A DNA stretch of 64,000 nt from Eukaryota sp. TZLM1-RC (lineage: Eukaryota; Protista; Metamonada: BaSk clade). This document shows, in pieces, positions 1-12,885 of this stretch; position 1 is the stretch's first letter; every line of letters starts with the position of its first letter. The notes beneath the pieces were generated by a model. The model did no database searches. It had not been told where the DNA came from and saw only the letters and a program-made list of their open reading frames with translations. Position numbers and translations under genes: made by a program. The stretch spans positions 2,976,001-3,040,000 of the forward strand of contig JAUPSS010000002.1 of NCBI GenBank assembly GCA_040285825.1, read 5' to 3'.

Positions 1-335
1 TTAGAAGGGGTGATCCTATACATGTTGGACGACCGTTCACAGTTGATCTGTTGGGACTCCTCCTCTTCCAGTGGATATCTTTCAGTTGCATTTTTTATGA
101 GCAAATACTTCCATGACAAGATCGCTCTCACCAGAACAATGTTGTCAATCATTACTTTCACTTCTGCACGAATTGTCATGTAATCTGTTGGCCATGATCT
201 CCAACAGCACAAACCTTTCATACCTGTTCTTCCGGAACAGATCTTCATTACATTCCCTGTACGAATCTCAGCAGTGGTGTTGTTATGGCTAACTGCGATG
301 ATATGTTTTGTTCTATTTCTCTTTGATTTGGGCAT
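1..335 (-). CDS. Partial ORF of unknown function (MPKSKRNRTKHIIAV...), runs off the window
   Basis: ATG at 335 and an open frame to position 1 on manual translation; no family recognised. Confidence 0.3.
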   Translation of the reverse strand, partial: MPKSKRNRTKHIIAVSHNNTTAEIRTGNVMKICSGRTGMKGLCCWRSWPTDYMTIRAEVKVMIDNIVLVRAILSWKYLLIKNATERYPLEEEESQQINCERSSNMYRITPS

Positions 336-1129
336 TAAGTTCAAAAAAGATACATTTTTAGCTGCTGGGTTTTTATTTTTTATCAGTTTCTACACTCATT
401 TCTGATGCGATATTTCCTTGAGATATTGAGCTATTTGCTGATCTTTGTTGCATTTTTCACAATTTCATCAAAACCTGTTCAGTCTCTAGGTTGTGTCCTG
501 AATGATTAAGAACAATCTTGCAAGTAATTTGAACAAGCAAATGGGAGGGCACCCACTGGCAAAGGATATCATTTGAGGTATCAAACTCCATTCCATATTA
601 TTCGTTCATGCAACTGATTGAGCCACGCTTCTAAACACAGAGTCGTAAGGTTTGGAATATGAACAATCAACAAATTGATGACAATTAAATACGGTTCTTA
701 TTTAGACTGTGCTTCTTCAAAACAAAGTGGTTGTATCACTTCGCTCCTTGAGATTTTTGGCTAACAGAATCATTATAAGAACAGTTGTAGTAACTTCATT
801 TGTTATATTATGTCCCAATTTGGATACTAGCACAAATTCACATGAACAATATGAATAGTATGTCCTCTGGATTTGTTCAAAAACTTTGGATTCGCCCACG
901 GTTGATTTTAGATTTTCGGTGTCAATTATTCTTGTTTTAAAAATTATAATGTCACTTAAAATCAACTTCAATGTTATAATGTAGAACATGTGGCCAGTTT
1001 TTCTTTCCATTGACACAATCACCAATTTGTTCGTCATCAACAGATAATCCGTTGTTCTTTGCTGTTTTTTATACAAGTATGACCATCCATCTCATGTAAT
1101 TGACTTAGTATTGAGAATATTAAAAACAA

Positions 1130-2912
1130 TTCTATTTTTGACTGGAATTCTTATTGAGAAACAAAACCCCATCTAGAATTCAATATTCTCCAAACAAGCG
1201 TCACTATTACTAAACCTACTCACAGCATTACGTTCATTTTCTACACCAATAGCTAAAAGTGCCTTTGAAATCATTGTTGGAATTGACTTCAAAATGCAAA
1301 AAACAATTCTATTTAACCTGAAAGTGGAATTCATTGTTTTACCAGACCTATTCAGTAACACTTCTTTGAAATTTTCAAAAAAAATGCAACCCTGAAGGTC
1401 CAATATTGCCAAAAAGAGAAATTGCAAACGGTACAAACAGATATTTCACATATTCCACTCTACCTAACTGTGCCAAAGGTTCTTCATATTTTTTATCTTC
1501 TTTTTTTCGGCGTTAGATAACAGCGAATCAGCGGAATACACTAAACGAGCAGCATCATTTTTGCAAACATCAATTGAGACAAGATCCACAACATTGAGAA
1601 CACCATCGATTCCTAGAGCTACTAAATCTGCCCGTCTTTTACCAAAAGAATCATCAGTTTGATCTGAAGACAGCTTATGTACTGATAGCTCAATAAATGC
1701 CTCTATATTGAAACTTTTGCCCATGGCATATAATTGATCACGAACTGAGTCATGAACAAGTGAGCAAAAAGTTATAAAATACTTACAGTTTAAAATATGG
1801 GAAAGCGTAACAACACTCTTGCAGCCACAAATTAAATCATTTGGCAAAGAACAAAGCCATAGAAAACATCTCATTCTCATTGCAGTGGTCCATTGGTGAT
1901 CATTGAGTAGAAGGCCATAAATGTTGGGAATTTGGAAGATTAGGCAACTTGAGCAACTGTCTTCAAGATCAATCAAAAAGTTTGCAAAAACGGGATTTTT
2001 TTCTTTAACCAAGTTAAGACTTACAATATAATCCAAGTTTTCTAAAACTTTTAAGATTGTTTTCTGCAATTTTGCAAAAGTCAGTGGTAAGGAAAGCAAG
2101 CTTCTTGGAGGAAGCTCCACAATATCAGAGGGAAAACATTTAGACCAAATATTTGGTGAAAGAGTTTCAATTTTCTGTTGCAAAGAAATAAAATAAGAGC
2201 TGCCACAGTTTCCAATGACATAAATTTTATCTGAAAAGCGATTCACAAATTCATAAATAAAATTTTTACCGCCTCCAATAAAGGCAGCTTTACAAAGGTA
2301 GCTTGATTGATGAAATTCAACACCACCAAAATTTGTACCACAAAAAATGTGGCTTCATAACTAAGATGCATCAATTTCCAATAATTTTGCTAAAAAATTG
2401 GTTCTTTGTTCATTAAAAATTCGACAAAACTCCAAAGAAATTGATGATGATGTTGATCTCAAAAGATGACTAAATTTCCGAGAATAACAAATTTTTAGGA
2501 CAAAGAATTTCAAATGTTTCTCAATATTTAAATTTTCAATTGATTCTAATTCATTTCCAATTTGAGTCAACACAGTCGAAAGTCGGCTTTTGACTTCTTC
2601 AATATTTCCAAGATAACAACCCAAAAAACGAAAACCAGACTGATCATAATTGATAAAGGGGACATTGACATCATTAATGAAAAAATCAATTGGTTCATGG
2701 CCAATAATCAAACATTTGGAGATATTCAATGAGAGACCAATATCTTCATAACGCTGTTGAATAAAAGTTGCTATTTGTTTCAGAATTGTAATAGGAGCAA
2801 TTACAGAAATGTCATCCATATATGCTACAATATCTATTTCTGGGAATTTTTCTTTCAATTCGCACAATAATGGATGAATTGCCAGACAAAAGAAAAAAGG
2901 ACCAAGTGGATC
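1130..2912 (-). mobile_element. Degenerate 5'-truncated CRE-like non-LTR retrotransposon (subfamily A): RT C-terminal part + CCHC/restriction-like endonuclease
   Basis: DPLGPFFFCLAIHP at ~2870-2912; AYMDD and FLGCYLG in ORF 2361-2867; CGC...HILNC...HDSVRD...RADL...D in ORF 1464-2246; broken by frameshifts and stops. Confidence 0.85.
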
Positions 2913-3888
2913 TTAGTAATACTTAGTATTAGTGCCAGTACAATACTTGTTAATTCAGCTTTAGCTATAGCCACAGCAAATTCCTAGTCCAATTCAAAGA
3001 GATTCAATGGCATGGAATACAGCACATCATTTAGAAGGTGAAACTGACTCAAGAATGAAAGGGAAGTCAACAGCTATTGATATTTTACCACAACTTTGAA
3101 GATTCTAGAAATTTAATGAATTCCCAAAATTATGCAAAAATTTCATTACTTACTCATCAACAAAATCTTTTAGAAATAATAGTGACAGAAGTGGTATCAT
3201 GTTAAAAATTATTTAGAAAAGTGGTAATTTATTCATTTTACACCATTTGCAATGAGCAAGAATCCTAATAATCAAGATATCAGCTGGAAAAAAACCATCT
3301 TCATACGTTTTAGTTTATGTTTTTTCAATGTTCATCATTGCAGCTTGAATTCGTCAATTTTTGAGCAAAATGACCACAATGGCCTACTGACCACAATTAA
3401 AACTGAATAGGTCCACTAGTGTGATGTATCGAGATATTGTAATAAGTGACAAATTATTAAAGAATTTATAATCTTGTTGATTTTATCTCAAATCTGTACT
3501 TATTATTTCATAGTTTATGTACTTGAAGTCCAAACACAATAAAATGTCACAATTGATGAATCAGTTTTATTTGTTTGATCTTTATAGCATGCTTTAGAGC
3601 AGAGATTGTTGTTTATAATCAGTTTCTTATGCAAATACAAAACTATTACCTTGATGGACATTAATCTAAAGAATCAGAAAGAACTTTGGAAATTAAGCTT
3701 GGGATTTTTACCGGAAATGAATTGCGGGTTTAGAAGGCGTGTTGGTAAAATCTGAGGAAAGGTAATAGAGTTGCTCAACATCGAAACCATTGACGAATAA
3801 ATGTATTAAAAATCAATTAAATATTTCGGTGGGTGTTTTTGGTGGTAAATTGAATAAAAACAGTTGAATTGTATCACAACGATGGATG

Positions 3889-4000
3889 AGCTATAGCCAG
3901 ACAGCAAGCAGATCAAGATTTTGTAGTGTAAATCTTGGATCAATGATATTCGTCCCACTAGTTATGAATTAATTTAATTAAGTGTGCATGTTCAATAAAT
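3889..4000 (+). mobile_element. Short 3'-terminal fragment of CRE-like subfamily B
   Basis: Matches the 3' end of the 28600-29680 copy (agacagcaagcagatcaagattttgtag...gtccca...agttatga...caataaat). Confidence 0.7.
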
Positions 4001-4218
4001 ATAATAATAGTGATTGAAAAGTTTTTGTCATGGCTACTTTTACCTATGTGATATACCAATTATAATGTAGATACTATCTTTCTGCTTGTGGCCTCTGTAA
4101 ACGTGTGATGATTATTTGTCCACAGTAGAGCAAATAGATGGAAATAAGAACCGAAACGATTCGAAAATAACACAAAATCTACATAAAAATTTACAGAAAC
4201 AAACATAGATTCGTTAAC

Positions 4219-4891
4219 CTAAACAACAGAAGAATAAGAGGCATCAGAGGATACTTGCACGTACTGAATGCCAGAATTTTGATAGATGGCATTATCTGAC
4301 CCAACAGATAGAAAAGCAATCAGAATGAAAATGTAAGCGATGGCTTCTACCACATATCCAATGAATATTACGCGCAGGAAGAACCCAATAATGAATAGAA
4401 TGGCACCAGTTTCAAATTTTGAATTGCCAAGTTTAGCACCTAATTCACGCAAGTAAAGCATGAAAAAGACAGCACCAACAATCACAAGAAGACCTGCCAG
4501 TAAAATCCTACCCAAAAACTCTTCTACCAGTTTTTCAAGCTCTTCAACACTGGAAACATTGAGGAGCCTGTCAATCAGGGTGAATAACACAAGACCAGCT
4601 GCCACTTCGCAACAGAGAGCGATCGAAACCCTGAACACTGCTTTATCACTGTTGTAGAGTTTGCTGAGTTTGAGACCCACGAAAAGATGAATGACAATGG
4701 CCACAAGAAAGAGCAGGAAGCCGAAAATAGGCAAGAGGGAAAGAACTACTGACAACAAACCCAAGACAGCAGCAATACCTCCCAAGACACGGATAGATCG
4801 AAGATCTGAGTTTGACACTGATCCCACAGCAACAGTTGGATTGACAGCTACGTTGAGATCTCAGAAGATCCTAAACATTACGATTCTGCAT
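4219..4891 (-). CDS. DUF996-like multi-pass membrane protein; exons 4891-4882 and 4847-4219, 34-nt intron 4848-4881
   Basis: Spliced start ATG CAG AAT C|gtaatg...cgtag|CT gives MQNPVNPTVAVGSVSNSD in frame with the listed ORF; LGGIAAVL...GLKLSKLY...ELGAKLGNSKFETGAILFIIG...AYIFILIAFLS follows the DUF996 pattern. Confidence 0.75.
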
Positions 4892-5554
4892 TTTAGGTGA
4901 TTGTAATCGTTGGAAAATCAAATGGATTTTGTATTCATCTTCATTCCAACAAAAAAGCAGATGAAATGTCTAACCTGGTCGTGCTGTTAGGAAAGTTAGA
5001 CTTACATGGGATATGAACAAACCATTTGTTGTGCAAGACCATTTCATTTACATGGATTTCAGGAATACTTTACATTAAATATTGTGGTCTTGATCCTATC
5101 AGATTTGGCCAGAGAACACAATCATTAGCATTGTTGCGTTAGTTTTGTCAAATGATAGTCATTATTAGTTTAGTTATAATATTTCACTACAAGACACTAT
5201 TTCCCAACAAACAAGAATTGAAGAAAAGAGTATCCGAAATTTTGTCAACACCAGTCATCAGCAAATGAGTGTCAAAGGGATCTATGGAATGAATGGTTTC
5301 AGAAGAAAGTACGTCTTCAATTAGATCACTGATGATTAATAATCACCGATGTTTCCCTACCACTCATTCCATTAGGAGAAAGTATCATCTTCAGTATCAT
5401 GACTGTTGTAGAAACATTATTTTGCTCTGAATATCGAATATCCTGGAAACAACTAAAGGTTACTATAAAAGAATTTGTATATAAAAGATAATACAGTCAT
5501 GATTGTAAATGTTGAGCAAGAATAAAGAATGGCCTTGAGACTGCTGATCAAAAA

Positions 5555-5632
5555 ACATGATATTTAGAGAACTTATCAAAGGAAGAATTTATAAGAATTT
5601 CCAATGTATGAAAGCAATTTATATTGACCCAG
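5555..5632 (+). pseudogene. Possible tiny Fanzor fragment around RuvC-I
   Basis: YLENLSKEEF...(frameshift)KAIYIDP resembles YLDDL...KVHIDPG of the 37242-38072 Fanzor; very short. Confidence 0.3.
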
Positions 5633-5999
5633 AACCTTGAAGTGGGAACATGTAGGAAAATGTGTTAAAAGTTTGAGAATCTATTTTGGGTGATTCTGGA
5701 GCTGAAAAAGAAGGAGCAGAATACATTGATGATGGAAAATTATCACTAGAGGTATCTACAGAGATGGGAGCTTCTGGAAAATTCACTTATTTTAAGGTCA
5801 ACTCCCCCGTCGGTATCTTGTATTTTTTGCAGATCTTTCAACATACTTTTTTCAAAAAAACATTCCTAAATATACGGTTTTGCCTGAAAAAGCTTCAGCA
5901 CCATCTGGTTGAATTACATGAAAGCTTGGATTATTGTGAAAGACTTGGCTTGGCCAAAACTCAAAATACCGCTTTCGGAAATTTTGAAAGGACATTTGT

Positions 6000-6835
6000 A
6001 ATAGTTCTGCTGCTGCCCAAGTAACTCAAATTCACTCTGTTTATCTACTTTTGTTAAAAACATAAACATGCGATTTCGTTGTTTTCTATGGCCAAACAAT
6101 CTTCCCAATCGTTTAACTGGTAAATGTGGTAAACCTCTTTTGTTTACTCATCTTTTGAACTGTAAAGATTTCATTACATTTAGAAGTAAAGTACATAACA
6201 CTGTCAGGGACCAAATTTATGTGAATCAAATCGAATAGATTCGTTTTTAGAGGCTTTGCTATCGAAATTAATGCTTGATGACCTTAATATTGATAGTGCG
6301 CGTTACAACATAACTTCTTTTTGTCTGACGAGAGGCGATTTGGCTGTTCTCGGCTGATATGGTAGTTTTATTATTTTAGTCGCCATGTCCATTGACCCTT
6401 GTAATTGGTCTAACGAACATTTCACTAACTCAGATGTAAATAATCCCTTTGTTGCTGGCACAAAATATAAAATTGCTAAATATGCGAAACCCATTTCCTC
6501 TGAATGAAAATTCTCATACCCAAAATAATTTATATCCCTTTGCTTTTTCTTTGCTTACTTCTTTACATAAGGCTGTTATGGCTTTCCTTAACGATTTCGT
6601 TGCAGTTGTAAAGGAAAAAACTGGAAGAGTTTTAATTGCGTTTACCAACAAAACAGGATCGTAATTTCTATTTTTAAGGGAGTGGTAAAACTAATCTGTG
6701 ATTCACCCTCTTCATTTGTCAAATTTTCTGAATCTTTGGTAATTAATTGTTTTGATGTAGATGAGGTTAATTTTGAGGATGTGGAGTTTGTGTTGTGCAC
6801 TTCATGATTTCATATCCCCTATTAGATAAATTATT
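6000..6835 (+). mobile_element. Degenerate CRE-like retroelement 3' half (subfamily C)
   Basis: MRFRCFLWP...KCGK...THLLNCK...HNTVRDQ and KYKIAKY...YPFAFS endonuclease region; near-inverted copy at 7317-8281. Confidence 0.8.
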
Positions 6836-7119
6836 TTTAAAAACAGTTCCTTCCGTGGGGGTGGAGTATTGCACTGTGTTGAATCATCATGTGAATCATG
6901 GCATGTGTGTTGTGGGAACAACCATTGTTGCAGTCACTTTGGGTATGGGATGTCGTATTTGTGCTTAAAATTGTGGTTATATGGATGATGTTGAATTTTT
7001 TCCTTTTTGAGGTTAGATACTTGCACTTTAGATATGACATGTTTTGGTTGAAATTAATTCTATTTTGATGCAGTTGAGTTTGATGATTGTGTTGTTTTTG
7101 ATAAACTGTTTTATATTGA

Positions 7120-9340
7120 ACTAAAATTCTGTCTAATATTCAATATCCTCTAAACAAGCATCACTATTACTAAACCTACTCACAACATTTCTCTTACATT
7201 CTACACCAATTACTGAAAATACTGTAGACATCATTGTTGGAATAGACTTGAAAATGGAAAAACAATTCTGTTAACCAGCAAATGGAATTCATTTTTTACG
7301 AGATTTATTCAGTGAACCTTGTTTTACTTGAAATTTATTTTATTCATTTAACAAGAAATATGAAAACATAAAATACACAATTTAAACTCCACATCCTCAA
7401 TACCTACCTTCCCTACATCAAAGCAATTAATTGCTAAAGATTCAGAAAATTTCCCAAATGAAGAGAGTGAATCAGAAATTAGTTTCACCATTCCCTTAAA
7501 AATAGAAAATATAATCCTGTTTTGCCAATAAACACGATTGGAAATTCTTCCAGTTCTTACCTCTACAACTACAACAAAATCCTCAAGGAAAGCCATAGCA
7601 GCCTTACCTGGAGATACAAGCAAAGAAAAAACAAAGGAACATAAATTACATTGGGCATCAGATTTTTCATCAGATTTTTCATCTTACGTCAAGATCCAAG
7701 CAAAGATAAAACAAAGGGACATAAATTATTTTGGAATTGAGAATTTTCATTAACTGAGGAAGTGGGTTTCGCGTATTTAGCAATTTTATATTTTTCGCCA
7801 GCAAGAAGAGAATTATTTACATCTGAGTAAATTAAATTAAATGTTCGTAACAAGAATTACAAGGGTCAATGGAAATGGCGTCTAAAATAGTAAAACTACG
7901 ATTTGAACCAGGAACAACTAGATCACATCTAATCAGACCCATAGAAGCTTTGTTGTAGCGCTTACTATCAACATTGGGGTCATCAAGAATTTATTTCGAT
8001 AACAAAGGCTCTAAAAAGGAATCTACTCTATATGATTTACACATTACAAAAATTGGTCTCAGACATTATAATGCACTTTACTTCTAAATGTAATGAAATA
8101 ATTACAGTTCAAAAGATGATTAAACAAAAGAGGTTTACCACATTTACAATATAAATGATTGGACAAATTGTTTGGCCATAGAAAACAACGAAAACGCATG
8201 TTAAAAAGCCATTCATGGTTTTTTAACAAAAGTACATAAACAGTGGGAATTTGAGTTACTAAAGCAGCAGCAGAACTATCAATTCAGTGAAACTGTAATG
8301 AAGTCTTCAAAGAACTGTAACCATGAAGGTCCAATATTGCCAAAAAGAGAAATTGCAAACGGCACTAACTGATATTTCACATGTTCCACTCTACCTAACT
8401 GTGCCAATGGTTCTTCATATTTTGCTTTTTTTTCCTTTTTTCGGCGTTAGATAGCAGCGCACCAGCGGAATACACCAAACGAGCAGCAAAATTTTTACAG
8501 ACATCTACTAAGACAACATCCACAACGTTGAGAACACCATCGATTCCTGGAGCTACTGAATCTGCCTTTCTTTTACCAAAAAGATCGTTAATTTGATCTG
8601 GAGATAGCTTACGAAGCAAAGGTTCAACAAATGGTTCTATATTGAAACTTTTGCACATGATATATAATTGATCACGAATTGAGTCATGAACAATTGAGCC
8701 ATTTGTTATAAAATATTTGCAGTTTAAAATATGGGAAAGTGTAACCACATTCTTACAGCGACAAATTAAATTTTTTAGTAATGAACAAGGCCATAAGAGT
8801 CATCTCATTCTCATAGCAGTGGTCCAATGGTGATCATTAAGTAGAAGTCCATAAATGTTGGGATCTTGGGAGATTAGACAACTTGAGCAACTGTCTTCAA
8901 GGTCAATCAAAAAGTTTGCAAAAATGGTGTTTTTTTCTTAAGCCAAGCTAGGACGTACAATGCATTCCAAGTTTTCTAAAACTGTTGAGATTTTTCCTGC
9001 AATTTTGCAAAAAAAAATTGTGGTAAGGAGAGCAATCTTCAACAATATCAGAGGGAAAACAGTTAGAACAGATATTTGGTGAAAGAGTTTCAATTTCCTA
9101 TTGCAAAGAATTAGAACAAGAGCTGCCACAGTTTTCAATGAGATCTATTTTTTCTGGAAAGTGAATCACAAATTGAAAGATAAAATTTTTACCCCCCGCA
9201 AAAAAAGCAGCTTTACAATGGTAGCTTGATTAATGAAAATCAACACCACCAAAATCTGTAACACAAAAAATGTGGCTTCGTAATTTAGATTGATTGTGTT
9301 TATTATTTTTGTTTTGAATCCATCAAATTCTAACATCTCC
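7120..9340 (-). mobile_element. CRE-like subfamily A copy (7120-7316 + 8282-9340) split by a nested subfamily C insertion
   Basis: Both halves align collinearly with 1170-2400; ORF 8395-8748 carries HILNC/HDSIRD/RKAD motifs. Confidence 0.8.
7317..8281 (-). mobile_element. Nested 5'-truncated CRE-like subfamily C copy with 10-bp target-site duplication
   Basis: attcagtgaa at 7307-7316 and 8282-8291 flanks it; homologous to 6000-6835. Confidence 0.8.
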
Positions 9341-9344
9341 TATC

Positions 9345-10218
9345 AACAAACCCTTTTGCTATTGATTTATCAATGGAAGAAGATGTCGAAGCAAATCTTA
9401 ATCCCAAAAAGAGAAAATCCGATAATAAATCAACTCCCTTATCATGGACACGAAATTCAAATGGTTGACAATGACTCAGATGTCCTGGTCTTTGAAAAGT
9501 AGGATTACGAAAAGCAACAACGATGGGCGACAAAGTACACTGAGGTAGATTACGATAGAAACCAAATGATGGAGTCTAACGAATTGACAATCGAAGGCAT
9601 AAACACTGTATTTTCTGCGTTTGCTGCTTATTCAGCAACTCTTACTGATTTTTCGAAGTTTGTGGTTCCTGAACTTCGGCAAGTTGTTTTGACAAATGAC
9701 TTTTACAATTTTGGCATGTGGAACATTCATAAAATGCAAGCTTTTATTCACAAGCAAAAGACTGAAAGTCGGTTGTTAAAACACCTTGTTCAGCAGTTTG
9801 GCAATCCAAGAGACACTTCAATACTAATAGATGATTATGGTAAAAAAAGGTTCCAAGAATTTGAAACATCGGAAGTTTACTCGAGGCATTGGATGGATTC
9901 AATTTCTGAAAAGAAATGGATTTGAAGTATTGATGATCAGTGAAGCTTTCACTTCAGTAAAATGTCCATTTTGTTTTGAAAACGTTGATACATTATAAAG
10001 AGTAACCAATCCCAAACCCAGATTCTATAGAAGAAAAAGAACCCCCGTTACTACATGTCATGGTTTAATAGCTTGCAACAGTGAGAGTTGCAAACTCAGT
10101 AACAATGGTTCACAAAAAGCTTTTTAATAGAAATAAGCTGACATGTCTTAATATGTTTGCTATTGCTGAAGCCAGAATGAGTGGTAGTGAAAGGCCTCAA
10201 TATCCTTGTCGTAGATAG
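9345..10218 (+). pseudogene. Fanzor1-like (TnpB-derived RuvC + Zn finger) pseudogene, 5' part lost
   Basis: Across frameshifts: LSWTRN...KMQAFIHKQKTESRLLKHLVQQFG...TRGIGWIQFLKRNGFEVLMISEAFTSVKCPFC...NPKP...CHGLIAC...C...FNRNKLTCLNMFAI...RPQYPCRR*; motif order matches fungal/protist Fanzor1. Confidence 0.85.
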
Positions 10219-10272
10219 TCTGTAACATCAGATTTTCTTTTTGAAACTCACCAATCAATCATCTATATATGA

Positions 10273-10431
10273 ATGCAGTCCTCTCTTGATACTTATGCGT
10301 TTTCTATTACACTCGAAAACGCTTCCTTCAAACAATTATCGAACTACTTTCTATGTCTTAAAATCAAAGATAAGCAGATAGACAATCCTCAAGTATTTCG
10401 TACTGATGTCTCTGAAAACACAGACCACCCT
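10273..10431 (+). pseudogene. Inverted duplicate of the first ~53 codons of the 898-aa gene, fused to a further Fanzor tail
   Basis: Near-identical to the reverse complement of 22075-22233. Confidence 0.85.
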
Positions 10432-10439
10432 AAAGCTGA

Positions 10440-10540
10440 CTATAAGCTGACATGCCTAAATATGTTTGCAATTGCCGAAGCCATGATGAAAAGTCTCAAA
10501 TGAAAGGCCTCAATATCTTTGTCATAGAAAGTCTTCGTAA
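10440..10540 (+). pseudogene. Fanzor extreme C-terminal fragment
   Basis: KLTCLNMFAIAEA...ERPQYLCHRKSS*, a diverged copy of 10135-10218. Confidence 0.75.
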
Positions 10541-11030
10541 TTATTCCGCACGAAAATTGATCATGTATTTAAGAAAATTTCCCACATATAATGAAAGGTT
10601 TCATTTGCCAAAACTCATTAACGAAAATTAATAACACAAGCATATGATGAAATTTCATTGTAATCGATTGATTAATTGTTGAAAATGTGTTTGATTGGTC
10701 CCTCCAAATGGTTTCTCTCCATGTGCAGAAATAAATATCAGAATTTTTAGATGATAAAATTCTAATTTGAAATTTCAATTTTGAAGGGATTTTCCAATTG
10801 CCTTAAAGACTGCAATATTACTCTATTCTCTTGCATGTATGTTTAATACAATATTTTTTTAATGTAGTGTAATGTTGATTCTATCTATTCTTACATCAAG
10901 AGATAATATATTATTCGAAATAACTTAATATTCGTCCGTTAACCACTGGAAATCAACCCATTTTTATTATAAATCACCCAAAAAATAGATAAAACAATAT
11001 CTCAAGTAGAACCCCTTGTAATATACAATC

Positions 11031-12362
11031 TTATTCATAATCAGAATCTCCTCCACTCTGTTTCTTTTCCTTTTTCTGCCCATTCACAAAACTATACAAC
11101 TCCCAAAGCGCCTCCCTACTCAGAGTACCCAAATCTACTTCAACTTCTTCACTGTCGTCTTCTGGATCAGGCGCGTGCTTGGAGATAATATCAAGAATGG
11201 TATCTGCCCAAGATTCTTCCTCGTCCATTGCTTTATGAATGTCTTCACGCAACTGCGATTTCTCGTTGAACGTAAGCTCCCGAACACCGTTCTGAGATTG
11301 TTGGGGCTGGGGTGCTTGAAGAGCAGTGGTAGTAGGCTGTGGTGGTAATGGTTGAGTCATTGCTGGGGACGTAACAGCGGGTTGAGTCTCAGCTGACGCG
11401 ACTGATGACGTGGAAGGCTGGGTTGATGACGTCTTCTGCTCTGATGGAGGTGCAGGCAAATCAGGCACTTTAACATCAGCAAACATTTTACTTTGAGTAG
11501 CAGCCAATTCCTTTGCTATATCAGCTGCTTGCTCGGGTTTAGGGGTAGGTACTGCGACTGGCAGAGCCTCAGCAAAGGCCTGCTCAAACTTGGTCTTCAT
11601 GTGGGAAGCAAGTAAATGGACAGGATGATCTTTAGGATTGAAAGATAGCGAATTATCAAAAGTAAGGCGGCAATCAGCTGCAAATTCTTCAACTGAGCGG
11701 TAGTACCCATTTAACAGCCTGGCTTTGACTGTACCAAGATCCATTGGGTTAGAAATTCTGTCATAATAGTCTGGGGCACCACAAGTGTTGGGGTCGACCG
11801 GAGAGGAGAAAAGACCTCCACCTTGAGGGTCTTGGAGCAATTTGGATACTATTTGTAAGCACGTGTTCATGTAAGCATCTGTGGCTGGTCTCTTTCCACC
11901 TGGACGGGCATGGCTATCAGGGACAGGAATGGCAATGTACTGCTTAGGGGAAGGCACGGGAGGTCGTTTGGGACGTGCAGAAGAGCCTTTTTTCTTAGCG
12001 GAGGTTTTTGAACTGGGCTTGGTACGGGGTTGAGAGCGAGGGGCAGGAGGTGTGTACATGGACTGTACTGGTTGAGGCGTCGGTGGGAGAGCAGCATAAG
12101 ATGCAGTTTGTGGAGGACCTGTGGTGGGGTCATGAACTGAGGGAGTAATAGAAAGAAGTTGTTCAAGTATGTATATGTAATTGTTAAGTCGTTCACGTTT
12201 GGACTCTAAAGAAAGAGATTCCCAGTCGGGTCTCAGTTTCGGATAAGTCAGGTCTTCAGAGCTGAGAGAAGATAAGTTGAAGGAGTCCATTCTACGGCGT
12301 TTAGTGTCAGGAGTGTCAAGAGCACCGTGTCGCTTTTCACCAGCATCCATACTCATGGTCAT
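11031..12362 (-). CDS. Single-bromodomain + ET-domain protein (BET/GTE/Bdf-like chromatin reader)
   Basis: FSSPVDP...PDYYDRISNPMDLGTV...Y...FAADCRLTFDNSLSFN bromodomain; C-terminal LTFNEKSQLREDI...EVEVDLGTLSREALWELYSFV ET domain. Confidence 0.9.
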   Translation of the reverse strand: MTMSMDAGEKRHGALDTPDTKRRRMDSFNLSSLSSEDLTYPKLRPDWESLSLESKRERLNNYIYILEQLLSITPSVHDPTTGPPQTASYAALPPTPQPVQSMYTPPAPRSQPRTKPSSKTSAKKKGSSARPKRPPVPSPKQYIAIPVPDSHARPGGKRPATDAYMNTCLQIVSKLLQDPQGGGLFSSPVDPNTCGAPDYYDRISNPMDLGTVKARLLNGYYRSVEEFAADCRLTFDNSLSFNPKDHPVHLLASHMKTKFEQAFAEALPVAVPTPKPEQAADIAKELAATQSKMFADVKVPDLPAPPSEQKTSSTQPSTSSVASAETQPAVTSPAMTQPLPPQPTTTALQAPQPQQSQNGVRELTFNEKSQLREDIHKAMDEEESWADTILDIISKHAPDPEDDSEEVEVDLGTLSREALWELYSFVNGQKKEKKQSGGDSDYE

Positions 12363-12885
12363 TTAAGTGAAGAAAGAGTGGAATTGTCAAATCCAGATTT
12401 TGTAAAAGTGATGTAATCTCCTCTCAAGATATTGATCTTGTCCCACAGATTACATATATATTGCATACAAACATTCACAGTAGAGCACGGGTGTAATTGG
12501 GACTACTTTTGTTTTGGAGAAACAACGACTTCAAACAAATTTTGATTTGTACAGAGCTGTGTCACTACACACTTATTACCATACAATTAAGACATTATTG
12601 ATTGGCTAAGCCTTTTTTAACTGATTTACCTTTCACCAAAATATTACTTATCGTCTTAATGGTTATTGCTTTCAAAAATGGGTTATAAGAATGAGTTGCC
12701 ATACCAACTTGCAGGAACTGATGCGTTACTACTGCTCCCCGTTTTGAATCAGCAACCTTTGCACCTTGAATAGAAATACAACAACATGAACAAGACCTAC
12801 TGGATCACTTTATTAACCAAAAATACAAGATCCTTCAGCATTGACTCCTTTTTTATTTGATACAGAATAACATTGTAGAATACAC

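Noticed and set aside
290-335. Mrt4-like start MPKSKRNR
   Set aside because: Similarity stops after eight residues
5686-5730. Leucine-rich-repeat gene (LGDSGAE...EGAEYI)
   Set aside because: A single degenerate motif; no continuing repeat frame
7657-7680. catcagatttt shared between the 7649-7696 insert and the Fanzor 3' flank at 10226
   Set aside because: An 11-bp AT-rich match can arise by chance; not enough to link them
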